A DNA stretch of 62,775 nucleotides, the filler included, from Rhabdomonas costata (taxonomy: Eukaryota), in NCBI GenBank assembly GCA_019059605.1. It is 30 parts of 30 records of this genome, joined end to end, with 100 filler letters (N's around TTAATTAATTAA, not from the genome) between each part and the next. Parts side by side here need not be neighbours in the genome. Positions count along the whole stretch, not along the records: positions 10,486 to 12,481 come from JAHMHO010006604.1; positions 12,582 to 14,577 come from JAHMHO010006605.1; positions 14,678 to 16,678 come from JAHMHO010006606.1; positions 16,779 to 18,773 come from JAHMHO010006607.1; positions 18,874 to 20,868 come from JAHMHO010006608.1; positions 20,969 to 22,965 come from JAHMHO010006609.1; positions 23,066 to 25,060 come from JAHMHO010006610.1; 23 more parts are not named here. The stretch is one strand, 5' to 3'. The number at the start of each line of letters is the position of its first letter. The stretch's first letter is position 1. Both the position numbers and the translations under genes were made by a program. This document shows positions 10,551-23,927 of the stretch, piece by piece. Below the pieces are notes generated by a model. It saw nothing but the letters and a program-made list of their open reading frames with translations, did no database searches and was not told where the DNA came from.

Positions 10551-12465
10551 CTTCGGAATACTGCGGGGTTGAGGGGAGGTAGCGGAAGATCGACTTCTGC
10601 CCAAATGGGGCCGCGGACTTGTCCTCGTCATCGTACTGCACGTCGGGCGCGCATGGGGGCAGTGCAGCCTGAACCCTCTGCGGGCGAAGAATCCCAAGCG
10701 GGACGCGGTATACCGTAACACAGGGCACCACTACCACAAAGAAAGAACTCCAATGCCGACAAACCGATTGCACTGGATTCTGGGCTGCGACCTGACGCTG
10801 GCTTCTTTATCACTCGCATGTCTCCCCGTATCTTGCGGAGGGCTGCGTTTCACAGACTTTCATAGGTTTTCTCTCTTATTCTCTGTCCTCTCTGGTGAAG
10901 TTCCTCCCCTTCTTCTGGGAAATTAGAGCAGAGAGTTCCAGGGCACACCAGGGCGATGGCGTCATCGGTTTCATAGGGCACGGAACGGGCGACTGAAAAA
11001 ATAAGGAACAGAAACGAATTACAGCACACTCACAGCCGCCAAAGAACGATTATGACAACCCCGAAATCGAGTAGCGCAATGGTTTCACAGAAAAAAAAAT
11101 GCGTTGAACATCAATGGGGGCGGGCACCTGGGGGACAAGGCAGGAAGTTGAGGGAGCAACCAACAACCGAACAAACGGCGTGGTCGATTGGGGTTTGGTC
11201 GGGATCGGGAATGGGAAATGAGAAGTGGGCTCGGGAGGCATCAAAGAACCACGACGCGATTCAGAATGCGATTCACTCAAGTATTCGTCAACCACCCAGA
11301 AAAGGTAAAAAGGAAAACGAGAAAAGAACAGGAAAAGAAAAGAAGGCACCCCATCTCCGAGAAGAAAAACAGAGCAACCTTTCTCCTTCACATACAGCTC
11401 TCGGACCAGGCGGTCGATCTCAGCAACAGAGGTGCCCCCGACGCAGTCCAAGGTCAGGTTTACGGCAACCCCTGCAATTGCAGCACGCCAAAACGTGGAG
11501 GTGCCACTGGAGGGAAAGAATGCATTGATATGTCAAGACACAAGAGCAGCCCATTAAAATCTGATTGTTGATTTTATACTCAAGTCCTGGAGTAACCAAC
11601 GATTTCATTGACATGGGCCAAAGAAACAGGAAACGATGCGGACGTCCTGCCTACAACCCTTTCCGAGGATGGAAGTCAGGTCTGGGAGAGGGAGAACATG
11701 CCCAACCCCTCCTTCATTACCATTGAATTATTACCATGACCATCACCACACAAAATTTCGGTGGGTCTGCAATGCGCGATGAAGACAAATTATTGAGCTG
11801 ACCGAGATGATTCGGAATCACTTCCGCTTACCTTTGTGATGGACCAACACTTTACACATACATTGTCGGGCTTAGATACACAGCTCCGGACTAAAAACGA
11901 CGCCCAGCCCATGGTCTAAAATCCCTACCCCATCACTCAGTGGTAGTGGCAACCTTACAAACCCGAGCATTGAAACCTATAAATGGCCAACGAATCCAGT
12001 TTTTAAGCTTTGTCGAGACCTCCTCGGTAGCGGCGGAACTTGACTGCGCAGTACGCCTTGGAATCGGCGACCAGCCCCAGACTGGTCAGAGTGGCCTGAG
12101 GCTGCACAGCATGCTCCGCATACCTGCCAAATCGCACGGCACACACTAATACTGCTGGCGGCGTAGAAGCGTATGAACGGGAATGCTGGTTAATAAATCA
12201 AAAGCCGAAGCATCGGTGATCGGTGTTACCCTGCCGGCAACACTCAGCAAGGATATTGCTGCAGAGAAAAGGACATTTACAAAAATATCGATTGATGAAT
12301 GCTCACAAAAAACTGGAAACATCTGTAACGCATGCAAATAGTTCTCATATTTGCACTCAAGGAAAAGGGAGCGCACCTGTAGCAGCGCTTAGCAGGGGCT
12401 TCTTTACCATCCACGAGGAATCGACAAAGATCCAGGTCCACCCCCATCTTCTTCCAAACGTGCTG
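10551..12465 (-). CDS. Multi-exon fragment of a protein with a ubiquitin/SUMO-like domain (span includes introns)
   Basis: Phase-compatible AG/GT exons give HVWKKMGVDLDLCRFLVDGKEAPAKRCYR|YAEHAVQPQATLTSLGLVADSKAYCAVKFRRYRG|GVAVNLTLDCVGGTSVAEIDRLVRE; further GC-rich exon at ~10551-10677; later junctions uncertain. Confidence 0.45.
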
Positions 12466-15400
12466 CGACACCCCCCCACACNNNNNNNNNNNNNNNNNNN
12501 NNNNNNNNNNNNNNNNNNNNNNNNNTTAATTAATTAANNNNNNNNNNNNNNNNNNNNNNNNNNNNNNNNNNNNNNNNNNNNGTTTGCGCTTCATACTTGT
12601 GGGTGGTTGGGTGCGTGTGCGTGCTGGGCGAGTGAAAGGATACTTTGGGGGCACAAATTCCGGGTAATGGGGTATATCTTATTATACTATAATGGCATCA
12701 TACAGGCCGTATTATACGCTACTATACAATATCACGATATTTTTGATATTGCCCGTTCCACCTCAAAACCGAGAGGTGGAAAAACGCTTCTACCTTTCGG
12801 ACTTAAACAGCGAAGGTGGATTTCCGCTTTTTCCTGTATTGTTTTGTGCAAGTGGATTGGGTGCCCTGTTTTTGGTGAAAGAAACCCCAGTGCTTCAGAG
12901 AACTTCCATATTTTCCTGACAGTAGTTGCTTCCTCATAATCTTGAATGCTTGAATTTTGCGTAGGAAAACGAGATGAAACGTGCCATGCTGAAGTAAATG
13001 ATATTATAGTATAGTGGCTATAATACCTCTTCCCTTCTGCCCCACGGGTCCCGAGCTGCTCAGATCTATGAGGCTCGTCCTCGTCCTTCTCTTGCTGAAA
13101 CGTACCTCTGGGCGTTTCCTTCGGGTGTGTAAATGGTGGGCAGAAAATTATCTGCCGGCGTTGCTGTGTCAGCAGATATTCGTCAGATGCTGGAATACTT
13201 TTTTTTTTTGGTAAACTTTAACTTTTTTGCCAGGCCAGCAACGTTCCCAAAGTGCCCAATAATTGCCTCTAGGGCAGGCTCAAACCGAAGAAGCATCCCC
13301 CCATTTCCAGGGGTGATTCCTGAAAACTGGTGCTACAGAGTCCGGTTGGGCTGGCCCCTGCCATTACTTGGCATCCACTCGAGGACCGACCCAGTGAGTT
13401 TGCCTCGAAAAGTGTTTCCATGGCACTTCAAAAATGAAACCCAAATTCCTTTGCCAGTTTCTTGACGCAAGTGAAAGCATTGTAGAACAGGGCCCAGAAT
13501 TTGGAGGCGTTTTTCTCCCGCGATAAACGGCATGTTTCAAGCGGAACAGGTCTGGGGGGTTGGGAGACTGGAACTGGGAACAAAGCACGCAGGATACCCA
13601 TGATGCTTTATACATAAAGCATTGCCGATTGGTCCAAGAAGTTGTTTCGGGGCGACAGTTATGTTCGGGTGCCGACCGGGTGCCAACCCACCTCCCTCCG
13701 ATACACAGCTAAAGTAAATCAGGTAAAGACTCATGGTGCCAGCCCCAAGGGAGAGGGCAGGAAGTGATCAGCAAGAGGCAGCAACGGAACCAAAAGCTGA
13801 TGTGCGTATGCGTAACTGAGCAGGCCGATGAGTGTAAGGGGCAGCGAGAGGGTGTGAGGAGAGTGACGGCAAGGGATTGATCACACACATACAGTAGAAG
13901 GGGAATGCTGCAGTCCGTGCAAGGAGAGAGGCTCAGGGAGATTCGCCATTGAGTTGGGGAAAGACGGCGAGAAAGACGAAGGGAGTGGGGGCCGCAAAAT
14001 ACAAAGTTTAGAGCGGGTCAACAGTACCACCAATACAAAAAAGTGCAAATACCCCCCGGGAACCTGGAGCCCTGAAAAAGGCGCCCCCAATCTCAAAAAA
14101 ACCATACAATCCTCACAACGCAGTGGGTCAGCCATGTGTAATTTTGGCAGGCTCCGTTCGATGTGCGCGGTAGTTGCGATGCAGGTATGGGGAGGTGCAC
14201 AGAAAAAAAGAGAGAAGAGACACAAAAAGCTGGCTTCCGGCGGCTTTGATTTTTATCCGAACATTTGAGTTGCAGCGATGTTGACCATCCAGTGAAAAAA
14301 GTTGGCGGAAACGGAAGCACGAACTCCCGATGAACCCATTAGGGGACCTCCGGTACGTGTGTGCGTGTGCTCCAATACTTACGACAGGTCTCCAGAGCAG
14401 ACAACAACACCGTGCGATGATGAGGAAGATCTCATTTCTCAAAGGCGTTTAAGCGGCAAAAGGCTCACATAGGCAGGACCAGGACCTCTCACCACTCAAC
14501 GTTGACTATCCTCACCGCACCCATTTGATTTCTTGCCCCCTTTTCCCCCATCTTTGAGTTGTTCTCTACCCAACACANNNNNNNNNNNNNNNNNNNNNNN
14601 NNNNNNNNNNNNNNNNNNNNNTTAATTAATTAANNNNNNNNNNNNNNNNNNNNNNNNNNNNNNNNNNNNNNNNNNNNTTGTGTGTGCCTTTATCTCTGAT
14701 ACTGAATTGCTCATTTCGACACAGCATTGTTGTTGGTTGTTGATTCCACCCTGCTGGGTGTGAATGAATTTTAGGTGGCTGTGATTTTATTGCTTCTATT
14801 TTGGCTCTTCTATTTGCTTCTGTTTGTCTTCAGTCACCGCAGGAGTGGCGCGTGTTTCTGGTTGCGTAGTTGCTTTGTTGTGGCCGTTTTTGTGTCAAGT
14901 TTCCACCCGTCACTGTCGTTTTCAGGTTGGAGAGGAAACGTTGGCATCGCTCAGGCGTTTGCAGAAGCTTCGAGACGGGGGAACCACAGGTTGAGCCTTT
15001 CTGTGCATTTTTGCTTTTCGGATGCCTGTGCTGCAGTGCTCCAGACTGTCAATAGCTAGAGTACCTGCGCCATCTTTGTACTCTATTCACCTATTCACTG
15101 TGTGCGTATGTGCATGGGTGGGTGTGGGTGTGGGTGGGTGAACCTGTGATGCCTTGTGGACGTAGTATGTGTGAACGTCGTGCCGAAAAGATAAACGATT
15201 GATAAACGAGACTGCCGTCGCATCCGTCAGTTCCCTCCATCGCACGCATTGAAGCAACAGTGTCCGCACATTTGAATATAGTTATGTGTGATGTACCTGC
15301 TTTGGCTTCAGGTTTCGGGGCAATGCAAACTTCCCCCAGCCCAAGCTCGGTCCGGAAGGTCAGCATGACATCGAGTTCGCCTTCCTGTGGGCGAAAGGCC

Positions 15401-16622
15401 TTCTCCAGCTCTGCCCCCGGAAGCCTCAAGCTGCCCTTTCTTCAGGGTGGTGCACTTCCACCTGCGGCCCAGCCACGAGACAGCAGGTTCCTTTTCGTTT
15501 GTGTATTTCCATTGGTTTTGTCCGTTTCTGTTGTTCATGTGTCCGTTTTGTTTGGCGCCTTCGTCACTTATTTGTCTGTACGTAGTGCACTTTTTCCAAT
15601 GTGCTGGAACAAAATAGGGGCCTTCTTGTGTGGGTCTGTCGCGTGGCGTTGCTGATCAGGAGGGAAAAGTTAGCTCAAAGTGCCGCCGGTTCCTTCTGTC
15701 ATTTCCATCTCACTGTAATAAAAAGCCTGCTTCCGATGTGTGCTGAACACTCCCAGATTCTTGCAGCTTGCAGAAAAGTCGACTGGAGTCATCTCTTCAT
15801 AAATTTCTCATCTCAAATTAGCATCATGCTTCTTCATGGAAGCTGGGCTTCCAGGTTCCAGGTTTCTAAAGACTCTTAAGACTCGTTTGTGCAAAGGGGC
15901 TTGTTTTTGGTTTCAGCTCTGCTCCGGCGTCCTCCACCCAAGATCCTGTCGCACGATTTGTGGTATCGCTATGACTTTCTCTCGCTGATGATGATTTTGG
16001 GAGGGTCATGGACGTTTGATTTGTGCCTGTGAAATATCAACTCCTTGTTTTTCATGAAAGTGTGCAACATGCAATTCCCATTCGACAAAGATGGCGTCTC
16101 TTTGGTGGTGCTCAAGGAAATCGCTTCCCGGTCGCATTTTGTAAGCCTACCCGAAACCTAAACTCTGCGTCAAATTCTCGCGAGGATGCACAAATCATCA
16201 CGAGAACAGAGAGAGAGAGATATTCAAATTTTAGCCAGGCCATATGCCGAGGCGCCGAAGCACCGAGGCAGCCCCCAAGAGGGAAAAATTTTAAACAAAG
16301 TTATGCAGAACACACCTGTCATTAAAAAACCTCGCCTTGGGTGAAGTTTGCATATCCACTCTCAGACGCTCTAAACTCCATGAAACGGAGAATCAAGGCC
16401 CGAAATGCGAAAATGCAGTAAAGCAGAAAAGCCAAAGTAACCCTTAAAGAAATAAAACAACAACGAATGTACCAAAGTGCACACTGGTTTCCCAGGAATT
16501 CGCGGAAAACATTCCAAGTCGAAGATGTACGCTGCCGCCCCATTTTTTCTTCACTCAGGCTCTCAGCGAGGAGGTGTCGCGCTTGCCTCCTCCGCTTGAT
16601 CCCGCGATGGTAGAACAGGTCT

Positions 16623-16624
<2 letters not shown>

Positions 16625-16661
<37 letters not shown>

Positions 16662-16678
16662 TCACTCACACCCGCACA
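16625..16678. repeat. (CA)n / (CACT)n microsatellite
   Basis: Directly visible tandem run at the contig end. Confidence 0.95.
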
Positions 16679-16894
16679 NNNNNNNNNNNNNNNNNNNNNN
16701 NNNNNNNNNNNNNNNNNNNNNNTTAATTAATTAANNNNNNNNNNNNNNNNNNNNNNNNNNNNNNNNNNNNNNNNNNNNGGTGGGTGTGGAGGAGTGCAAG
16801 TCCCAGGTGGAAATGTGAGTCCGGAAGTCAAACTTGGTCAAACTGGAAACCAAGGTTAGCGTTAAGTACGGTACTCAGCCACGCGCCCACGTCC

Positions 16895-17785
16895 TCACGC
16901 TTGTGGCTCACACTCTGCAACCTCACCTTGTCTCCAGCGTCGCACGCAAACGTTTGCTGTGCCAACTACTGTGAGGGGTTCGGAAGGTTCTAATTGCTTG
17001 GCTGCAGAGATCTCCGGCGGCTGCCCGTGGTGCTCTGTGGCTGGGGCTGGTTCACCCTCGGTAGCAGAGGCCAACAAGCCAATTTTCTTTGTTGAGAGTG
17101 CCGCTTTCAAAACCCATTCACAGGCCGGCTTTCCAACTGCACACATGGACCTCACAACCTGGGGTAGAGTGGCAGGTTGGGCGTGTTCAAGCACTCCAAG
17201 TCAAAAATTTGTTCCAACGCGTTCCCAGTGTCGATGTTAATTTGTATATTCCTCTTCTTCGGGAATGCCAGCAAAACGCGTTTGGTTAGGACCGGTGCAT
17301 GTGAACACAAAGATAGAACCTAAAAAATTTTGCAGGGGTTTGCAGCTACTCGTGGCCTCTGCCGCTTGTTGGATTTTTTTAGGGTGTTGCTGCACAAAAA
17401 TCGCTGCTCGTCATTGCACGCTTGGCCCACCTTGAAAAAAATTCTTGCCTCTTGGACTTTTTCGCGCCCCGGTGTGGGCTTGGGGTGTATCTCCACGCCC
17501 AAAATAACCAAAGGTGTGTTATGCACGATGAAAAGACGGAGCGCAACACCTGCTGCACCTGATTGCCCGGGGATGGGCTTTAAAGCAACGATTCTGCCAA
17601 TCATAGACCTCTAGTTTTGAGCAGCACAGAACATGATCGCCGTGCGTGTCCGTCGTGTTGTGGCACCCGGGACAAACAGCATCCTCCACGGGCGCCTTGA
17701 CGGGCGCCCAGCTGAAGCGGGTCCAAAGGCTCCAGGCGTGTGATAGGTTTGCCTCAAGGACTGAAGGCCTGGGCGCGTCCAGCAC
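16895..17785 (-). mobile_element. Degenerate CRE-like (RLE-type) non-LTR retrotransposon fragments including the CCHC zinc knuckle
   Basis: CPGCHNTTDTHGDHVLCCSK fits the CxxC..DxxGDHxLxC knuckle of RLE elements; weaker post-RT-like pieces PLVILGVEI and KAALSTKKIGLL; broken by stops and frameshifts. Confidence 0.6.
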
Positions 17786-17899
17786 TGGATTTTTTTAAAA
17801 TGTGCTGTAAATTTTCAAAGCGCTCCAGTATATTTTCTCAACTGAGGCATTAATTGGTAATTTTTATGGCGTGGACAATTCACTCGCGGGGGACTTTGC

Positions 17900-18150
17900 T
17901 AGCGTGGCAGCGGAAAGACGCGCTAAAGGTCTTCGAGAAGGCAGATCTGCGTCGGGGGCCGGGTGGGGTTCATTCCTTGGTCACCGAAACCACGGGCGCA
18001 TGGTGTATGAGCACCTTATCCTTCTTCAAACGGTGGGCAACAGCCACCAGCATGAATACAGGAGCTTCTTTAAGGACTGCTCATCTCTCACGTCGTCTGT
18101 CTTTCCTCGTTGTACAAGCAGTCACCTGTAATCTCCTGCGTTTCGGCTCA
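17900..18150 (+). mobile_element. CRE-like restriction-like endonuclease C-terminal remnant
   Basis: HSLVTETTGAWCMSTLSFFKRWATATSMNTG...LSRRLSFLVVQAVTCNLL fits the PLVxETxGAW...F..LA...RLSxxL tail of CRE-clade ORFs. Confidence 0.65.
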
Positions 18151-18938
18151 ACTTGTTCCAATGTCGTTGTACCCCACACACACGAGGCGTTGCGGAGAGG
18201 CATAATCTGAAGAAAAAAACTATCCTGACCACGTCCACCTCCGCGGTCACTCCTGTCTCAAAGGAGACCAAAGGGCGATTTCAATAACAACTTCTGCGTT
18301 CATTTTAACCTTAATTCTAACTATGTTTAACGAAAAATTTTCCCCTTTTCAAAGTGGAACTGGGCTCCTCACAGCTTCAGAACTCAGAAAATGGGATCAG
18401 AGGTAGAGGTAAGGTTTGAAAGTATACAAAGGAACGATGGAACAATCTTGCTTGGCCACACGATGAAAAAGTGTTGCGAGAAATCTTACATGCAGGGCTG
18501 GGCAGGCGATCCGCCTCATGCCTGAATTTTTTTTTGCCTTTTACTCGACCCGAAACATGGTCCCAACCCATTTGCAAAGCCAGGGGAAAAATCCACGTTA
18601 GACACGTTAGCCAACAATGTGAGTTTGTTCTACACACCAAGTTTTTTTTAGGGGTTTCAGCTAAAAAATCGGTTGCTTAGGCTTGTTGCGTGATTTTTTT
18701 TCCAGGAAAAAGGCGCCACTCTAACTTTTCCAGCGGACGTTTTGCGGTTTGCGAGTGCAGAAAACAGGTGTGGNNNNNNNNNNNNNNNNNNNNNNNNNNN
18801 NNNNNNNNNNNNNNNNNTTAATTAATTAANNNNNNNNNNNNNNNNNNNNNNNNNNNNNNNNNNNNNNNNNNNNTTTGTTTGGTCCTTCGAGTCTTCACAA
18901 TCCCCACTCTTCCAAGTCCACACTGCACGCGTTCTCAG

Positions 18939-19084
18939 GCACGGCAGGGCTTCCCGTTGGGGTGCAAGTCGTGGCCCTTCCGTACCGCGATGAGCTCTGC
19001 CTGAAGGCCATGCGAGAGGTCGAGCAAGGCGTGAAGTTCGAGTACAGCAAGGGCACCTTTGCGGATCCCAGGCTGAAGCTGTAG
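18939..19084 (+). CDS. Last exon of an amidase-signature enzyme (fatty-acid amide hydrolase-like)
   Basis: After TTCTCAG acceptor: TAGLPVGVQVVALPYRDELCLKAMREVEQGVKFEYSKGTFADPRLKL*; GLPVGVQ...ExCL is the amidase C-terminal signature. Confidence 0.88.
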
Positions 19085-20464
19085 AAAGTTCCCCAGCAGC
19101 GTCCGGCTTCCCTCTTGGCCCGAGCACCCCGACCAAAACTCTGAAACTTTACATGCTTAACCTCTTCCACTGTTTTGGAACGCTTCCGTAAAGAGACATT
19201 GAGCTCCCACTCCAAATGGCCTAATACTTCTGTCTTGGTAGCTTGGTAGTGGCTCAACCGCCCGTGTTGACTCCCCAAACCATTTCTTACCTAGCAAAAA
19301 TCTTGCCCTTCACCTCCACTCGCTTGCAGCTTCTGATTACGTTCTGGAGACATTGGGTGGTTTTTTCTCTTCTGGGTGACAATCTGCCCCAGCCTGCTTG
19401 CGTGGATGGTGATCCTTCCTGCTTTTGAGCGGTAAATGCACAATCGGGACTTGGGATGAGTTTCGGGGAAGGATCCCGATGCTCCGTAGAGTACTGGAAC
19501 TTTCCTGATATCAGGAGTTGCTCGACACATCGCGTTTTCTAGGAATCTCTCAGGGCATGACTGCAGTTTTTAAATATTCCCTGTTTTGTTTGGGCCCTAA
19601 TAAAGCCCAGCCACGGAGATGTTTTGAGGAGAACTGTTGAAACGCACATAAAGTCACGCTGTGCATGTTATTGCCGACCTTTTGCTAACGGACACGATAT
19701 GGTTAGACTCATGAGAGGGCTGCGGTGGTCATTGTGTCATGCCAGCTTTTGGTTTTGTGGAGCAAGTGTGGTGGCTGTTCTGCTGGACCCTTAAGTTCGC
19801 GGTTGGCTCAGGTATTCCAGTGTCTCAAAACAGGGGAAGCCAAAGGCTGTTCAAAAAGTGAAAACGACTGCTGGTGTGTGTCACCTTTTTGGTTCTGGCG
19901 GTTGGTGAGCAAGTCGGACCTCTGCACATGTGCAGTGCAGCTCCCCAGCTTTCGTCTCGTGGTTCTTTCTTGCTTTTGTGCTTGGCTAGCTCCTAGGGCG
20001 GCCTCTGTAGAATTTCCGTTCCCGTTGTTTTTTTTCTGAATGGAGTGAGGAGCGCCTTCTGAACGGGTGTTATCTTTGGGATTGGGCAGTGTAATGGCTG
20101 CCACCACCAGCTCTGAAAGGGTTGCGCCGGATGGCTCCCTAACGGTGAGCTCACTTCTCACACAACACCGCTGGCAGATCTTTTTCAAAGAACGTCATCA
20201 TGGTCTTCGGGTCATCAGAGGATGATTTGCCCCCTGAGTGTCTTCACAGGAAACATTCGGTGACCGTTTTTAATGTGAAAGAATTTTTCAAGCGTTGTTC
20301 CACACGTACCATATGATTTTTTGTCTGTATGGCCCAAAGCAACAATTCGATTTTTTTCTATTTCTCCGATCATCTGTTGAATTTTCTGTTCTTACCCGAT
20401 TTTTGATCGATTGTGTGTCTTCATGACCGTCACTGAGGTTTTCCGTGGCCTTGTCGTCTCTCAG

Positions 20465-20567
20465 GAGTTAGAGTGCCCGGTGTGCTCGTTGGTCTTTCGG
20501 GACCCTCGGATGCTGCCGTGCACCCACTGCTTCTGTCTGCTCTGCTTGCTTCGCCTGCTGAAGAACG
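20465..20567 (+). CDS. RING-HC (C3HC4) zinc-finger exon, TRIM-like; possible first exon at 20200-20259
   Basis: ELECPVCSLVFRDPRMLPCTHCFCLLCLLRLLKN bounded by CAG and GT; upstream MVFGSSEDDLPPECLHRKHS would join in phase 0. Confidence 0.85.
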
Positions 20568-20968
20568 GTGTGCGCGCGCGCCTGCACACGTGTGTTCGGC
20601 CAGAAATAATCTTAACCCAGGGAGGCGATACTGACGATACGGGAACCTTTTTGGCTTCGCAGTTATTTTTCTGTTTGAAAATTTAAAAGCTTATTGGGGT
20701 ATAGGATTTCTTTGTTGAAGAAAGAGAATACGCAATAGAAATGTAGAAAAGTTCGTTTATCATTGTAATTTTGATGGGGTAATAATTGCCTTTTTCCTCG
20801 GGCGTGCATGACCCTGGTTATGAAGCGATCCGGACTAATTGGATTGCGTCCCTACACTGCTTACCTTGNNNNNNNNNNNNNNNNNNNNNNNNNNNNNNNN
20901 NNNNNNNNNNNNTTAATTAATTAANNNNNNNNNNNNNNNNNNNNNNNNNNNNNNNNNNNNNNNNNNNN

Positions 20969-21020
20969 GTGCGGTGTGGTGTGGTGTGGTGTGGTGGTGT
21001 GGTGTGGTGTGGTGTGTGGG
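20969..21020. repeat. (GTGTG)n microsatellite
   Basis: Directly visible at the contig start. Confidence 0.9.
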
Positions 21021-22863
21021 TGTTGCCCTTTTCGCCTGCAGCGCCTAACTTTCAAGAAAGTTGCAAGGAAAGATGGTCGACATTTAGTCAGGTGGCCTTT
21101 GAGAGGAAAAGGGTGTGACAAGTGAACATTGAATAGGCGAGCGCCGAAGAGAAAGAAGAAAGGGCGGAGCGCAGGTATCGAGGACGACATGGCTTGAGGA
21201 CGCCTCTGTGGACAAGCGTGCTGTGGGCGAGGAGTTTGACGGGCACGCGGAGTCCTGGGAGCAGTCCCGGAGGGCGGGGCAGCGGAACGAGGAGAAGCAA
21301 GCAGAGTGCGTTTGAGGACGCGAGGCCACGGAGCGGGAAACCGATACAAGGCAGAGCAGAGGGACAGCGGGAGGCAAAAGCAGCGAAGGAGGCCGCCCCA
21401 GCCGAGGTAAGCCCAAAGGAAAAAGAAGGAAAGAAGGAAAAAGCCGTTAAGGCAGAGAAGTTATATACGGAGAAGAGTAAGGAGAGAAGGCCGACCCAGA
21501 GAACCACCGGTATGGTACCCGGCTTGCGCCCATGATCCGATCTTGCGCCTGACGCCATTCCGCCGACCCGGTTGTCGTGATACTCTCCAATTCAGTCCCG
21601 TTTGATCATCATGTGGGATCACTCTTCTGCTCTTTCTTCATTGTACGGAGTTGGGAAGTAGGGGAAGAGATACGTTCACACGCTGACAAGTCCAATACCC
21701 AAGCGGAAAGCTTCAAATGCCAACGCGGATCGGCAAAGACTCGAAACTAATAGAGATGCTAACAGAAAACTTCGAGGAGTGGCGCGAGGAAAAAAGAGAG
21801 AGGTCTGGGTGCAATTGTTGATTGTGGGCGCTGGGATGATTATGTGTTTGCTTAGCATCAGGCTGGAACAAAAGTTCATCAAGTGGATCTGGTGCATCCT
21901 GAATATGCAACGTTTGGAAGGGCGCGGGTGTCCACGTACAACCGCGGGTGCGGTCACACCAGGTAGAAACTACAAAGCGCTACCGGGGGGTAAAATCAAC
22001 CCCGAATGTTTTTCTCTGGGGGGGTCGGGCGCCTTGGTAAACACAAAAAAAAAAAGAAGCCCAAGCTTCCGGTGGGGGGGGAGCAATTATACCGCCTTCA
22101 TGGAACTACAGGCGTGCGTCAGACCATTTGCAACCAAGCAAATTGGAGCTTTCGGAACATTTAAAATTTAAAGTTGGACAAAACCACAAACACCGCAACA
22201 GGTTTCCGAAAACCACTAACTGCATATTTTTCCGTCAATCCCCTTATGGCAACACAAAACGGTTTCTGCAAACATCAACACCGACACCGACACCAACGTT
22301 AACTATCAAAGACCAACACCAACACAGTCGAAGGTCGAGGACAAGTGTGACAAATAGAAATTGACGGAATACTACCCAAGAAAACCCAGGGCGGTGACTA
22401 AGAAAATCATATGCAAACCAAACATTGGTAAAGGCCGAGCCGACCGATCCGAGATCCCAGTAATGTGTGGCAGGTTCCTGCAAACTAAACCGCAACACAA
22501 GCAGCGTGGGAGTGGCAGATGGTTGAATGCCAGCGGGGGGCAATCAAACTTACAGATTATACTGAAGCTTCCACATAGAACTAAGCAAAAATTTCGATTT
22601 TCAGTTGCACCCCCCCTTCCACTTTGAAGACTGTTTGCGTCACCGCACATGGAATTATCACTGGGAAAACTCGCTGTGTGTACTGTTCATGCAGTTTCAA
22701 CTCAGCGGACAAAACCAGCATTTCGTGACCTAGCCCAACCTGCTCTCCTGAATTTTCAGCTATAACTTTGCATCCGGAATATTCGGTAAAAAGTAGGCAA
22801 AATAGCTCAAGTAAACGCACCCAACTCATGTATACAAATAGTCAATTAAGGGTAATAACCATA

Positions 22864-22937
22864 CCAACACCTCCTACACCAACCACACCTCCTACTCCTA
22901 CACCAACAACACCACCTACACCTACACCTACACCTAC
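22864..22937. repeat. Degenerate (CCTACA/CCAACA)n tandem repeat
   Basis: Directly visible hexamer/trimer repeat; reads as Pro-Thr repeats but has no exon support. Confidence 0.8.
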
Positions 22938-23597
22938 AGCAGAAGAGAGAAGCTGCACAACAACANNNNNNNNNNNNNNNNNNNNNNNNNNNNNNNNNNN
23001 NNNNNNNNNTTAATTAATTAANNNNNNNNNNNNNNNNNNNNNNNNNNNNNNNNNNNNNNNNNNNNTTTTTGTGTTTGTTCAGAGTAGATTGGAGCTTCGG
23101 GGAATCTGAACGGAAAGAGTTTCCTTTTCCTTTGGTTACTGTGAGATCAAAAGTGGACAGAACTGTTTTGGAGGGTCAAATAAATTCATCTGGTCGCATA
23201 ATTATATTTAAGTTACACCCGGAAACTCAGAAAATGGTATGTGAAGGTTTTCTATTCGAAGTCTTTTTGGCGTATAGAAATGCCGTTGTCTATGGACAGG
23301 TTATGTGATGAAACCGGAAAGTTTCTTTGTGGTGGACCTAAAAAGCAGTTTGAAGAGACCTGTGCGCCAAAGGAGCGATTTTCCCCTGATTCCCTGCCTG
23401 TGTTGATCTTTTGAAGCGAATTGTGAATTGTGTAACTGGCTGTTTGTGGGGAAAGGTACGTAAAGATATGGTTAAACCCAGCCATGTGTTGCGGTGCGGT
23501 TCTGAGTTTACGATGTAACGTACTTTTTAAAGAAGCAACCACGCCACGGTTGACAGCAGACGCGAGTGCTTCCTTCATTTCCCCAAATGGGCCTCAG

Positions 23598-23927
23598 GCC
23601 ATTGCAGAGGTGGAAGCGGTGGTCAGTACTGATTACCACTTTGGCGCGGACATGGCCCGGATCCGCGTGACACCCGACCTCTGCGGGAGAGCTACGGTGG
23701 TGTGCGTCGACCTCTCCGCCCCGAGCAGCCCTCGGGTACTGGTGACCATTCTGGTGGTGGTCCCCGAGAGGCTTGCAGATGAGGTTACCACAGTTGGCAG
23801 GGCAATGTTCTCCACACCGCAGTCCCGCCTCCCACTTTTCGAGGCCGTGGAGCGGCTGCTGGTGGCTGTGCCCGCTTTGGCTGCGGTGCTGTCAACCCAG
23901 GACGTCGGTGAGGTCGCAGGGCCGTGA
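23598..23927 (+). CDS. GC-rich exon of an unknown protein (possibly terminal)
   Basis: After CTCAG: AIAEVEAVVSTDYHFGADMARIRVTPDLCGRATVVCVDL...VAGP*; high-GC3 codon usage like the recognised exons; no family recognised. Confidence 0.5.
   Translation, partial: AIAEVEAVVSTDYHFGADMARIRVTPDLCGRATVVCVDLSAPSSPRVLVTILVVVPERLADEVTTVGRAMFSTPQSRLPLFEAVERLLVAVPALAAVLSTQDVGEVAGP

Noticed and set aside
11594-11605. AACCAACGATTT, matching the start of the diplonemid spliced leader as I recall it
   Set aside because: Only 12 nt; the rest of the leader and the GT donor are absent; lies antisense in an intron, so probably chance.
16790-16890. 5S rRNA-like stretch (GAAGTCAAACTTGGTCA)
   Set aside because: Only a short weak resemblance; no terminal helix pairing or convincing box C.
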